Position numbers and translations under genes: made by a program | The notes under the pieces: generated by a model | Databases searched by the model: none | Told to the model about the DNA's origin: nothing | Seen by the model: the letters and a program-made list of their open reading frames with translations, nothing else | Shown here: positions 1 through 12,993 of the stretch, piece by piece | Numbering within the stretch: position 1 is the stretch's first letter | How the letters are laid out: each line of letters starts with the position of its first letter | Assembly: GCA_000165425.1 (NCBI GenBank) | Contig: CT868047.1 | Span: 186,001-224,907 of the forward strand | Source of the DNA: Paramecium tetraurelia | Lineage: Eukaryota | Direction: 5' to 3' | Length of the DNA stretch: 38,907 bases

Positions 1-690
1 AATATGCTTGAAATACTCTTTTATAGAGTGTCATGCAATTGTTGAAATAATTTGGTAAATTTTCTAGTTGCACTTTAAAATTGCTAAACATCAATTTTCA
101 TATTAGTAATTGATTCATCTGATAAGGACAATTATTGGGAAGGATCAATTTTCTTGATTGTGAATGAGAACAAGTCAGAATTTGGCATAAAGGATTCAAT
201 TTGAGAGAGGAGACTGATAAAATTTTTATGAGATGGTTCTGATTCAAATTGCTATAAGATGAAACAGTAATTTAATAGTGAAGAACCAGAATGAGTCATC
301 TAATGAAGGGACTACTTTGCACTAAATAAATTTGAAATGTACTTACTGTTGAATTGCTTATTTGATTTGATAGAACGTATTATAAAAGAATTTCTGAGAT
401 TCAATTAGTGTTGCTTCGATTGAATCAAGATGAAGACTCAGTCTAAATGAAGAAGTGATTCAATACTCTAAATTCTATTATTTCAAAGTTTCTAAATTCT
501 TGGTATCAATTTGATCTTTATACATCTTTATGAATCTGTTTAATGGAATTCTTTTGCAACTCTAATGATCTTATTAGCAATATGAACATAGCAATCGTCG
601 ATTTTTGCATTCATGATCTATACAAACAATATTCAGAAACTCAGATTCATGTTCTGCTAATTCACAGGATGAATAATTATGGGGTTTCAT
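1..690 (-). CDS. Hypothetical protein with N-terminal Cys/His zinc-binding (B-box-like) motif; 3' end outside window
   Basis: ATG at 690; MKPHNYSSCELAEHESEFLNIVCIDHECKNRRLLCSYCQQDH continues through TAA/TAG; 25-nt GTAAG..TTTAG intron at 322-346. Confidence 0.7.
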
Positions 691-754
691 TTTAATTAAT
701 AATAACTTTAAAGTAATGAAAATAATGAAAATGATAGATTTATATAAATGTTTA

Positions 755-1771
755 TCAAGCTTTTGTCTCAATTCTTTTCTTCCTCTATTAATTAGCATAA
801 TATATATTGTTTTTAAACTTCTGTTTTAGAAAATTGATATCGTTTGCATTAGTATAATTTCGAGCTGAAGAGACCAATTTAATTTCAGGAAGAGGAGGAC
901 AAACTACTTTTGGAGATATTTGTTTCCTCAAAGGAGAATTACTGTGCAATTGTCCATTCATCTCAGTCAGACTTTGACAAGACATGTAACTTAAGAAAGG
1001 ATTGCTATTTGTCAATTCTTTAGACTATAAAGTTTTCTCTGTTTTTTCATTAACATAACTCTAGATTGAAGCAAAGGGTTTTTTAGATTTTCGAGATATA
1101 TTTAAAACTACTTTAGGTTATTCAGGTTCGATGACCGATTATCTAATCTTCGTTTTTTTCACTTCCTATGATTACAGGAGAACAGGTTCTTCGATTGGTT
1201 ATTGGGATTATTAAAGCATTAATAATTAAATCTCGCTGTTCCTTTGATTATTAATACTGTTCTGATTCCCAATATTACGAAGTGTTGTTTAATGTTTAAT
1301 TAAGATACTCGACATGCGCTTAAAAAGAGTTTTCTTTCTCTCCTTTGTTTTCTGAATCTCAAGCAATAATATTTACTATTGCTAGACACAAGTCTTGGGA
1401 TATAAGCAATTAAGATGCATCTAATAACACAATTATTAAACTTCATTACTTGCTTCTCTGATAATGGTTCAATCCCACTCTTGCGTCGCTGTTATTTCCT
1501 ACTATGGTGAACAACTTTGAGATCGAAGCTTTTACTTACTCTATTTTATTCATTCTCCTGAGTCCGTATTCTTAGGCTTCTTAAGATTCTCATCCGACTG
1601 ATTGGTGACTCACTTTTGGGAATAGAACCAAAGTGACAATGCTAACTGTTACTTGACAGCAGATCGATTACTAAATCATTTAATTTTTGTACTTTTGGTT
1701 GCATAGTTTTTGGAAAGGGTTTTATTTAAGGTTCTCTTGCTTCTACATTGGGTTTATTTTGAAGATTCCAT
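755..1771 (-). CDS. Hypothetical basic low-complexity protein
   Basis: ATG at 1771 (MESSKQTQCRSKRTL), short intron near 1672-1692, C-terminus ...NNIYYANQQRKKRIETKA-TGA at 755; internal introns not all resolved. Confidence 0.6.
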
Positions 1772-1910
1772 TATCAAATTACTTAAAATTATAAATGTTT
1801 GAATTAAGCAATCATTATATTGCTATAAGTTATTGATTCCATCTATTATTATTAGTTGATATATATAATAATTGAATCTTCTCTATTAGTAAGAATTATA
1901 TGTAGAATTC

Positions 1911-2383
1911 ATGAGTTGTTAAACACAGAGATTTTGGTTGAAATCCCACTCTGAAAAAGACACAATATCTGCATTTCAAATGGTTAGGATAATTAGCTTA
2001 AATATAAGAAAGAGTAAATAAAATGAATATATTTAGTTGATGTTTGTAATGATGAAGGAATCCCACATATGGGTAACTATGTTTCATCATAGTAGTAAAA
2101 TCAAAAAGAATTATCAGTTACACTAATTTTTATAAGTAAATAAAATGGAGAAGTCAATATTTATGCGAGTATGAAAGGGGAGTTCATTTATCAGTGGATC
2201 TGGATATAATTTGGAAAATCAAAATAATGGTCAAGCCATCAATCTTTCAATATAGGTAAGTATAAAGTAAAGATTAATTCATTTAAACATAAGAGAATCT
2301 ACATGTAAGAAAGTAGTAATGAAATACTATAAAAGATTAAATTGATTATATCAGAGTTGCACAGAAATATAATTGATTTATGA
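1911..2383 (+). CDS. Hypothetical protein, exon structure uncertain
   Basis: ATG at 1911 (MSCQTQRFWLKSHSEKD) with several plausible 20-27 nt GT..AG introns; last exon and stop ambiguous. Confidence 0.35.
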
Positions 2384-2501
2384 ATGAGAAAATATCTATA
2401 ACAATTAATGTTGATGAAGAGATTAAGAATAAAGTATAGATAAGATAATGGAAGAGTAATATTAATAAAATAATTATTGATGATGAATACTATTAAATTA
2501 T

Positions 2502-3605
2502 TCAATCATTTAACTGGGAATTTGTCTAATTAAAAAGAATTGACAAATCCAACTCTACTTTGGAACTTCCCCTAATGATAACCAACTTATTAAAGTCATT
2601 GAGTTTAATTTGCTTAGTTAGAGGATGATAATAGAAGTTTTCAACCTCTCTCTAATTGGTTTTCATTTCTAATTGAGAAATCTTACCAAGTAGTTTGTTG
2701 ATTTCTTTGTTGTTCCAATCAGATGATATAGCATACTTGGTTCCATTGATTGATCTGGATTCTAAGGATGGATTATATATCTATTTACCTGCGCTATTTG
2801 TACTCGATATTAATTTTTTAAATCTATGTTTTAAAGAAAATTCAGTTCGTTTTTGATTATTAGTAATAGGGGACAAACGAATAGATAATTCAGCCCATCT
2901 TCTTCCGTGTTAGAGGAGTAGCTATAGGAAGTTTAGATCTTCTTAATCAGTCCATTCGTTTCTAAACATAATGAGATTCAAATCTTACCGATTTATAGAT
3001 GGGTCTAACTTATTTCCCCAACGTTCTCTACATTATTTGGGAGTACGAATAAACTTATTGAGACTTCGTTCATTTAGTTCTCGTGCGATTTTACTCCATT
3101 TGTTCCCCTTCTTCATTCTTTGAAAGGACCTAAAATGAATATAATTGATTACAAAATGATGTCTAAAAGCAATTTATCCTCATTTTCAGACCATGGGTTG
3201 TTGTAAGCTGATTGATGGACAAACTACTGACATATTTGGGACCATTTAAGTGGAGTTTTATAGGTTGGCATCAGTTCACTTATATGAATCCATTATTCCT
3301 CATTCTAAGAGTTATCACTTGAAAATTACTAATTTTAAGTTTAAGGGAGCTCGCATATTCAAGAGAATGCATTATAAGAAGATCATCTCTTTGGTCTCTC
3401 GGTCTTCAATAGTTTGGCCTTATAAATCATAGTAAATAGATTCTAAAATTTTTGGGCTTGGAACATTATTAAAAAGGAGCCTCCATTTTTTTTTGTATGG
3501 TTTTAAATCAATGGCTTGTATTTGCACAAAGTTTAATTTGGAATTCAGAGGATGGGATGATTCCTCTGTTGATTGTTAATAAGATTGAATATGAAGGAAG
3601 CTCAT
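2502..3605 (-). CDS. Myb-domain transcription factor (two clear repeats plus a degenerate first repeat)
   Basis: PWSENEDKLL..KWSKIAREL..RTPKQCRERWGNKLDPSINRNEWTDQEDLNFLQLLLQHGRRWAELS; introns at 3305-3329, 3130-3152, 2962-2988, 2762-2788. Confidence 0.9.
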
Positions 3606-3732
3606 ATTCCAAATATTTTTTCAATAATCAAATTTATCGCTTTGGAATTGCGAGAATATAAAACCCAGAAATTTACATATCTTTCTCATTTTTTAATCGG
3701 ATTTAATATAATAAATATATATTGCTTTGATA

Positions 3733-4738
3733 TCACAATTTGATCAAACACCCATTCTTAATGATCACTAAGCAAAACTCATGATCAGAACCCAAAAATT
3801 CACAAAAAGAATATTCTTGAGTCTGACACTTTCTGGTTTTCTCTTAGAGTAGTTCAATTTTGTATCCAATCATCTCAGCTTCCATGGTACTCCAATATGG
3901 ACAAATCTATACATCACTAGATCTTTTGGCCTTCTGACCTGATAAATCAATAAAACTAGATACCATAATATTTTTTGAGTTATTTGAATTTGTGTTTCAA
4001 AGCAAATTCAGTCCTCCTTCTATATTTAGTAATCATTGACAATTTTATAGATATTTCAGCCCATTTGCGTCCATTCTGAAGTAGCAATTATAGAAAGTTT
4101 AACTCTTCAGACTTCGACCATGGTTCTCTTTAATGTGATATTAATACAATTACCTGTTAATTTGTGGATCCAATTTATTGTTCCATCGTTCACGACATTA
4201 TTTTGCATTTCTTTAAATTTCAGACTTGCAAATCAGATTGTATTAATTAGAAATTGCACTCCATTTCTTTTTACAACGACTAGGATTATCTCTAATATAA
4301 ATGAGTTAAATAATACAAAATGATTTATAATAGGGTTTTATCTTCGAAACAAGACCAGGGCTGTCTTGGAAGTAATGCTTTATAGAAAGATTAGAATTTA
4401 AAGCACAATTCTGACAGACTCCTGTGTTTCGGCATCAGCTTCTGCACTTTCTCCCAATCAAACCGATTCTATATATAAATAATCGGTACTACCTTTATGC
4501 ATCTTGGATTGAGACTCAAAACTATAAGTTATAAGAAGAGCTCTTCATTCACACTCCAAGTATCATTCGATCCAATCTTAGAAGACTCATAAAGTTTGAT
4601 AAAGTCATTAAAATCAGGTATAGTTTTGAAATGTAGTTTGAGCTTTGAAGATAATTTCTCTGGTTCAATTAGTTAGAGATTCTAGTAAAATAAAGCCCAA
4701 TTATTAAGATCTGTAAATGAGCTTTGTGAAGAATTCAT
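3733..4738 (-). CDS. Myb-domain transcription factor, tandem paralog of 2502-3605
   Basis: PWSCFEDKTL..KWSAIS..RNAKQCRERWNNKLDPQINREPWSKSEELNFLQLLLQNGRKWAEIS; introns at 4469-4492, 4292-4316, 4128-4153, 3939-3963. Confidence 0.9.
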
Positions 4739-5049
4739 TTTGTTTTATAAGATTAATATTGTTTATCTAAAATCTAGACTAGAAATTTAAACACAGAAAT
4801 CTAATTAAATTAAGACTTAATATCCTTAATACTACAAATAATAAATTAATAAAGCTCTCTATTAAGATTCTGCTTAATTTCCATATAATTACCAAACCTC
4901 TTAATTACATATAAGATATACATCCCAAACAACAAATCAAAATTTTATTTTCAGCGATAATAAACAAGTAAAACTAACTTAGAAATAACTATTCAACCCT
5001 CCTTTACTAATTATTTAAAATATTAATAATTAACTATAAAATCATTATA

Positions 5050-5512
5050 AACATTAATATTATAACATCTCATTTTCTATTCTTAAATCTAATTTACTCT
5101 TTCAACAATTCAACCCATCATTTCAATATGTTTGATTTTAATTTACTCACTCCACTTGTAAAATTCTCTAATTATAAATACATACTCTACTTTTATCCTA
5201 CATTTAAATGCCTATTTAATACATCTTTTAATTAAGTTTTCCGCTATCTCTCAATTTATATGATTCCTATCGTTTAATTCTATTATCTTTAATGACTTCG
5301 CAGTCCCCCTGGTCTATTATATAAATTTTTGTCATTTTTTATAAATATTTAGTGAATATAATCTACGCATTCTCCTTCACGAGTTCTTAACTTCTCTCTT
5401 CTCCTATCTAATTTGGTGCTGAAACTCGAAATCGTATTTCTATTAAAATATTACTTCTTAATAAATTTTAGCCAGTCAATTTTAGTTTTTTAAGGAACGC
5501 TGACATTTTCAT
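5050..5512 (-). CDS. Possible hypothetical protein or decayed gene
   Basis: Ciliate-code frame MKMSAFLKKLKLTGQNLLRS..IYIIDQGDCEVIKDNRIKR; both ends uncertain. Confidence 0.3.
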
Positions 5513-5975
5513 TAGGGATTTCCCAGGAATATGAGATAAAGGAAATGAAAGTTGAAGTATTAATACAATATTTCAGTATAGACATACTTGTTATATTAAC
5601 ATTTTAACTTAAAAATCAAAAGATGGTTTGCTTAACAATTATAATTTTAGTATTTGTTCGAGAGAGCCTGATTGTCTTATTAACAGTTATCGAAATTTTA
5701 TATGGAGAACAACCCTTATTTTAAATATCAAATTGATTATCTTCTGAATTTAGTAAATATAATTCTTATGATTCTTATATTAAACAAATAATATTATATA
5801 AATAGGAAACTGTAAAGTAAAATTAACAATAAAATTATTTATTTAGTATTATTTATAAAATAATTAAACTCCATTGTTTATTAAGATAATCTTATTTTAA
5901 ATCAGTTCCAATTAGTATTAGAGTGATGATTAATAATTACTGTTTTAAATTAAAATTAATTATCTTTTATATACA

Positions 5976-6281
5976 ATGACTAACTGCATAGGTCCCAAAG
6001 TTAAGTTTGAATTACTGCAAAACAAAAAAACTTAGTTTCCTTACACATATGACTATGAATATTAAGATTCTATGCAATAACTGGTGGAAAAGAGAGTGAG
6101 TTTTGCAGATTCTTCTATAGTATTCTTGCATTACTCAGAAGAAGAAATAGTTAATTTCAGGTAGAGACTGAGAGCCCAGCTACAATAAGAAGAAATAGGG
6201 CCTGTATCCTTAAATCCTTCTTTATATGATTCAAGTTTATAAAATAAGACAAGATCATGCTTTAAACCAGTTGAGAATTGA
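5976..6281 (+). CDS. Small hypothetical protein (101 aa) with RVxF motif
   Basis: Intronless ATG 5976 to TGA 6279-6281; contains KRVSF and C-terminal RSCFK. Confidence 0.7.
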
Positions 6282-6354
6282 TTACTATTTATGTATTCTT
6301 TATAGTTATAAGAACTTCAGTAACATTTATAATAATTTAATTAGTAAATGATCA

Positions 6355-8583
6355 TCAAACCAGCATCCTTTTGATCAAATTAAAGTTTTTAGACAGTACC
6401 TGCACTTTGTTTAATACTTTTTCTTAGAGGATCAATTCCCAATCATTCAACCATCTATTTAAATAATTAACAAATATATACTAAAATATTTCTTTATGAA
6501 CTTCTAAATCTTTACAATTTCGATTTTCTAATATTCTTGAGCGCACATGTTAATTTAATTTGTCAATTAAAGGTTAAAATAGCACCTCAATTTTATCTTA
6601 AATGTAATCAAAATAATAAAGAATTCTGTTTGCAAGCTCAAAATTAGATTATACATCTAAATCTTTAATAAAACGCCCCATTTTTGTTATAATTTATTTT
6701 TCAAGAATCAGATTCCATTAAGTACCCTAAAGTTTCGACCATGGAGATAAAATACTAAAACCAAAGTCAGGTTAATCTCCTAAATCAATATCCATCAGTT
6801 TGTCAATCAACTGATCTGATAAATCTTAGTTGCTGAACTAAGAGTCGATCCAAGGAAGTAAGACTTTGTGAAGTTAAATTGAATTATCTCTATTATTCCA
6901 ATTTGAAATAGTTGATTTTAATTTTGGAATCACAAGATTACTTAATTTTGAAATAGTCTTTGAATTAAACAATTGTATTCTTTCTTCAATCTAATCACTC
7001 TCTATAGATACTATATCAGTACTCCATAATTTAAGCATTTCAAATAATAAATTTTCTTTCTTTGGATCATAGTGTGTACATATATAATATTCCAATTGTT
7101 ATGAGATCGGATGAATTAGGATGTCTATAATATTTTGAAGATTTATTATATTTGTTGCAGCCATCATGTTATCATCAAAAATTGAATCTTGATGATTTGA
7201 AGAAATGGCTTAAGATTTCAAATAGATTATAACATCTTTGCCTAGATTCACAATTTTATAAATTAACTTGAATTCATTTTCAAGAATATCTGTTTTTGGT
7301 CCTTCCCAACTTTTTGATATTTATGCTATTTCCTATCCTCCTTGTTAAATTAATACGTCAATTAGATTAAACTAAATAAATAAATCAGGATGTTTATTAA
7401 AGCAATCTGAAAACTTCTGAAATAAAGTAAAAGATTGGTCTTATATTTTGATATCATCTTCTTAAAAAAAGAGAAGATATTTTTTAAATGATTAGTTTTT
7501 TTTTGTAATTTCCATATGCTTTTCTAACTTATTGAGTGTTTTCTCCTTTTTATTCTCGATTGAGATGTTTTATTATTCATTCATTTATTTTGTAAGTAGT
7601 AAATGTTACACAGATTAAGTCAATTCTGATACTTCCCCTAAATATCCTAGATCAGCATTAACTTTAGATTGTATTATAGCGGGTTCCTAATCTTGCTAGA
7701 TATCGATCTAGTTCCTTTTTCTCCATAATTTATGTAATTTTCTTGCATTTTTATTCTCTTTTTGGTTATCATACTACCAAATCAAATCCTCCTCATTAAC
7801 CTTATTGTGATTTTATAATGAACCTGTAAACACTTGCTTTTTCACAGGGATTACAGGTTCTAAGATACCTTGTCTATTAATTCCTAGCCCTTCACCATAT
7901 TTGAATCCTAATTTTTAGAGTAATTATAATCCAACTCCATAATCATGTTCTTTAACCTTCTTCTCTAAGTTTCTTATTTCTCTAGAAGTTAAACCTTTAT
8001 TTTAAAAATAATCTCCCTCATCATCTGCTTCATGTTTAAATTCTTGCATTTGTTTTTTCAATATACTCCTTGGTTATTAAGCTAACTCGTTAACTACTAT
8101 TTCTATAATGGAATGTTGCTCTTCAATTTAATCTTCATCCTTTTCAGATGTTGAATCGAATCTATTTTATATTGCATATTTTTGTATTCTTCTTGAGAGA
8201 TTAAACTTTTCTTTCTAAGATAGATATTCATTGGGATGTTTTACTATTGCGTAGATGCAATTGTTTAGAAGGTTGAATTGAACCGACTTAACATTCTTCA
8301 TATTTTCATCTCTATTCTATTCTTAAATATGATGTTTGATCATTTTAATGGTCACTCCCTTTTCGACTTGAAAGGGTGGAGATGTATGATGCTTTATAAA
8401 GTTACTAAATGCTTGGTTCTTACGAAACACTTTATGGGTGTCTGATAATTGAATAGGAGGATCATCCTATTAATAGTTGATATTTTATTCTTCAGAGAGG
8501 GTCGATTATGATTCTTGATTCTGTTTACTTAATTCTTCCTATTTACTATCAATTTCGAATAACAAAGGAAACAAACCATTCAT
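6355..8583 (-). CDS. G-patch protein, TFIP11/Ntr1(Spp382)-like spliceosome disassembly factor
   Basis: G-patch YGVGLQLLQKLGFKYGEGLGINRQGILEPV near 7855-7945, followed by coiled coil and a helical Trp-containing region ending NRWLNDWELILQEKVL..RMLV-TGA, resembling the GCFC domain; span is a multiple of 3, consistent with no introns. Confidence 0.75.
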
Positions 8584-8783
8584 TGAAATAATTAAATCTT
8601 TATAAATAATTTGATAATCTTCTTATTCTTGAACCAGTTCAACTCTCAGATTTCAAGGTCTACATGAGCTTATTGCAATAAGCTGATTGGAATTAGATAA
8701 AAAATTGTTTATTTGAAATAGATAAATGTATAAAACTTAATTTAAATGTTTTATTGTTAATAAGTTGTTAATTAATTTAAATT

Positions 8784-9480
8784 ATGAAGAGAAAACTTTA
8801 AAAATTGTCTTTGTTTAAAGAAATTGATGAGTTTAATCAAAGGGATAGTGATGGACATTTGAGTGATGACTCCTCTACGTCTGATGACTTTTTGAATTCT
8901 ACATTTGAAGCATATGGTAACAACTTTTGATGATTAGACTTAGAGTCTCAAATATTTATAAGCAGCAATCAAACTCCTATTCATTCTGAGCAATTACAAT
9001 TCATATAAGGAGTATTCGATAAATCAGAAGAAAGTGAGCAATCATTTTATTTCAATATTACTAATGTAACAAATCAAAATTATTATAGATTGAAGGAGAT
9101 AACAGAACAACTTTGATGATGAGAAATATTCCTCAAAATTATACAAAAGAAATGCTAATCATGGAAATTGATCCAAAATTCAAAAATAAATTTGATTATT
9201 TCAATTTACCTTTTGATGGAACTGCTAATCCTGGCTATGCATTCATCAATCTCAAATCGAAGTCTTATCTTAAAGACTTTTACAACTATTTTAATGGCAG
9301 AAAATGGAAGACAAATCCACACAATAAAGTAACTAAATTCAATTATAGCATTAGCCTTGCTATTTAAAATATGCCAAAATATAACATAAGAAATTTAAAT
9401 AAATAAATCCATAAATATATTTACAACAAAGCAGTGTTATCAAACTTATTTAAAGTTAGAAATTATAATGCAGTTTGTGA
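8784..9480 (+). CDS. Mei2-like RNA-binding protein with a single RRM_2 (Mei2 RRM3-type) domain
   Basis: RTTLMMRNIPQNYTKEML..KFDYFNLPFDGTANPGYAFINL..FNGRKW..PCYLKYAKIQ; three short introns; TGA 9478-9480. Confidence 0.85.
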
Positions 9481-9555
9481 ATTATATTAATACTTTTTCT
9501 CATTATAATTAATAATTTTATTTCATATTTATTAATATTTAACTCTATTCAAAAC

Positions 9556-9831
9556 TCACTTTTCTTAGAGCCATAAAGGGTGTTTATAAACCAAGGGTTT
9601 ATTTGTTATTGAACTAGATGATATATAAATCTCCAAATCATCAGGGTGGGTGACCTTGTAATCCAATAATTTAATGGCCTCCTAATGGAGTTCCTTCTTA
9701 TTCAATTAAATCCCTTAATAATAATTTGCATGTAATTCATTTAGTTTCTTCTCATTCTTGAATATTTTTTCTCTCCTTAAAAATTTATCAATTTTAAGAA
9801 CATCCTATCTGTTTATTTCTTTATTTTACAT
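9556..9831 (-). CDS. Small hypothetical protein (~91 aa)
   Basis: MQNKEINRQDVLKIDKFLRREKIF..KVTHPDDLEIYISSSSITNKPLVYKHPLWLQEK-TGA; an upstream in-frame ATG is also possible. Confidence 0.55.
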
Positions 9832-10383
9832 TATATTTATTAATTTCATGATTAACCAAATAATCCTACATTTGTTGTATTCACAAATAAAAATATTATT
9901 CTTGAATTTCATTCTAATCCGCAAACCTATGATGCATTCAAATAAAATTATTATTGGGTGAAATTTTAAGTCCAAACTTAATAAAAACTAAATACTATCA
10001 ATTTATAATTTTAAATCTCTTTTGTGTTTATTGATATTCTATCTCAGTGAGTTAAATGGATATAAAAATAAATTATGACATGTAGCTATTACTTTAAATA
10101 CTATAAATCTATTCATTTCTTTTATTAATAATTGCACCTTTAAATAAAAAGACAAAATGATATTAAATCATCAATTTTTGATAGATATTCAATATATTTC
10201 TGTTTCACGATTAACTTTTAAAGGATATTATGTTCTGATTAGTACTCATTTATAAGAATAAGAAATTGCTATTGTTTGTATTAAAAAGGATGAAAACTCA
10301 AAAATATATTGATGATATTTAGCATAATTTAGGATAGATATATTAAAAATTTAAAATTCGTATTTATTTTAATGTTTAGATAC

Positions 10384-11611
10384 TCAATTTAACTGAAGCC
10401 TTTCTCTTAAATATTCTTTAAGGGTTACAATTTTATCCTAAATGTGATCTGATATTCTGGAAATTAAATCTTAACTCTAAACTCTGGATTAGGTTTCCAT
10501 CTAATATATGTCTTGTTATTATCTACACCATTAGTCTTATCCTTCCAAGTTACTCTTTAATTTAAATTATTTATTACTTAGTTTCTTTCAACTTCAGCCG
10601 CATGATACTCAACCTTGCCTTCTGACTCTTCAATGATACTTTAATAATTTAAGATAGCTTATTCTAAATTTTACCTTTAGTCTGACCTATTATAAGAATA
10701 GCGATAAGAAATTACAAAGTGTTTTTCTCATTTGTTAAATCTGCTAAGAATTATTACCAATTAAGACTTTATTATTTCTCGATTGATTCATCATTTCCTT
10801 TACTTTCGACAATTTGAACTCTTAGGTTGGCCAATAATTATAAGACTTTCTTTGCAGTGTCTGAATCAGATTTTGATGATAATTAGGTCATCATTGTAAG
10901 GATTGGTTAAAATAATAATCCAGTTGATTAACTAATATGAATGAGATGGAACTTTACTTTTACAATCTCTACAAGACTTTGTTAAATCTTCCCTTAACTT
11001 AAATAAAGGATGATCCACTTGATAAATGTTCAATTAATGCATATGCTTCATCAATTGCAGCAATTGCTTCTGTATGAACTTTGATTTTAGATTAAAATTC
11101 AGCATATTGTAAATCTCTTTCGCTCTACCCTGCATTTGTATTCTTGGTGTTCTCTTCAATCTCAACTGAGACCTCTGCAATTTTATTAAGAGATCTTTAA
11201 AGATTATTTGTATTTTCCTAATTTATTGATATATGATTAACCTCAACAATTTTCTAATGAGCCTTCAATTAACTCTAATGATAAGCTAAATTTGTTGAAA
11301 AATCGTGTAACAATCTATTGCATGATGCCTATGTGCTTTAAATATAGAGGTCAGCATCCTTTTATTCTTATTCCAACATAAATCTACAATCATGATTATT
11401 TTATACCTAATATTGTTTATGTAGCTCTAAATTTCATGCACAGGTGAACCTGTTGCCAAACTAATTTGGATTGCATTCAAGAATGTTTTACCCATATGAT
11501 GATCATCTATTTCTGCCAACACAATCTTTGGATCTGTCCCCATTTTACATAATGCCTATCATCCTATAACAATAATACCATGCTCAATAGAACTAATAAT
11601 ACAATTCTCAT
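10384..11611 (-). CDS. Trichocyst matrix protein (TMP / granule lattice family) precursor
   Basis: Signal peptide MRIVLLVLLSMALC, DPKIVLAEIDDHHMGKTFLNAIQISLATGSPVHEIQ, heptad helices with sparse Cys, central SSFIQ motif; three 23-24 nt introns. Confidence 0.85.
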
Positions 11612-12286
11612 TTTATATTAATATTAAAAACGAATACAAATTATATTTAATATCATTTTTATTTAAGATTATGTAAAACAATCATTAAATTGATATTCAA
11701 TCTCTTAATACTTTACTATTATCCATCATGCATTTTATAATTAATATTTAGAATTTCTAAATTTATTAGTTAGCAATCAACCTTCAATTATTTAATGTAT
11801 AAAATAAAATTAATATTAATAAAAAATTTTGATAGGTTTATCATCAATAATGCATACATATCAGAGTTGAATAGTTAGATATAATGATTTTAAAATTATG
11901 CTTTGATTTTAATTAAACATTTTCATTCCAGTTTTATTTAGAAACAATTGTTTATTTAATAAATTGAGTAATAAACCAAAACTGTTTTTGATCAAAACGT
12001 AATTGAAAATTTATGATCCTGTAAAATTTAGAGATTTTCTTATTATTAATTATATAAATACTTCATATTATGGTAATTAGGTTATAACTCCTTTATTTAG
12101 AAGATAAATGAATAATATAATTATTAGAATTCTCAATTGAAATGGATCTTAATAGAATATCATCATAGACTTATATGTTATCTATCTTAGAAGGTAATTA
12201 GAGGATGCATGAATTACACTTTATCTTATTTAAGTATTATTGATTAATTTGCTGGGACATTTACATTATCATAATAATCCGTCTTA

Positions 12287-12967
12287 ATGAGAACAGTGAT
12301 CTTAATAGTTATCTTGATAGGGATAGTTCAATCAGCACAGCATCTGAGACAAAAGCAGAGTCATATATTGAATGGACAGAAATTAGCTTTGATAGAAAAA
12401 TAAGTGCAATATATTGATGATGATGTTGAATTGAATGGACAACAAGAAATTCAATAAGAAGGATTTTAAGAAATCAATGTTCATGAATAAATGTAAGTTC
12501 AAATAGAGGAAGAAGCAGTAATATAAATAGATGAAGAATAAACATTAACCGCTGAATAAATGGAAGAGTTAGATAGAAAAGAATAAGAAGAATATGAGAG
12601 AATGAAGAGATAAACACTTGAAGAATAACATCTAAATGATGAAGACACTTATATGTAGAGTTAATAGAATGAAAGCAAAAAAGACAATCAATATGATCCT
12701 GAAAGCGAAATGCCTGTAGATGTAGTTGAACACCAACTCACTCCAGTTATTTAAAAGGATCCAATCCCTGATCAAAAGGGAGTTATTTCTCCATTTGCTC
12801 CTGCAGATAACAGTTTACCATATTCATCATATGATAGTGAAAGTGGATTCGAGGTTAAGGAGAGTGATATCAAAATGTAGGGATCAATCAGTCCTAACGA
12901 TTTGGATCAATATTTGCAAGAGCAATATCAAAAAGAGATGGAATAATTTGCAAATGTCCCCATGTGA
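12287..12967 (+). CDS. Secreted acidic Glu/Gln-rich protein (226 aa)
   Basis: MRTVILIVILIGIVQSAQHLRQK signal-like start, intronless, TGA 12965-12967. Confidence 0.8.
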
Positions 12968-12993
12968 AAATATAAAATAATTATAACAATAAT

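Noticed and set aside
3250..4323. Plus-strand track ORFs 3250-3432 and 4120-4323
   Set aside because: Antisense to the two Myb genes.
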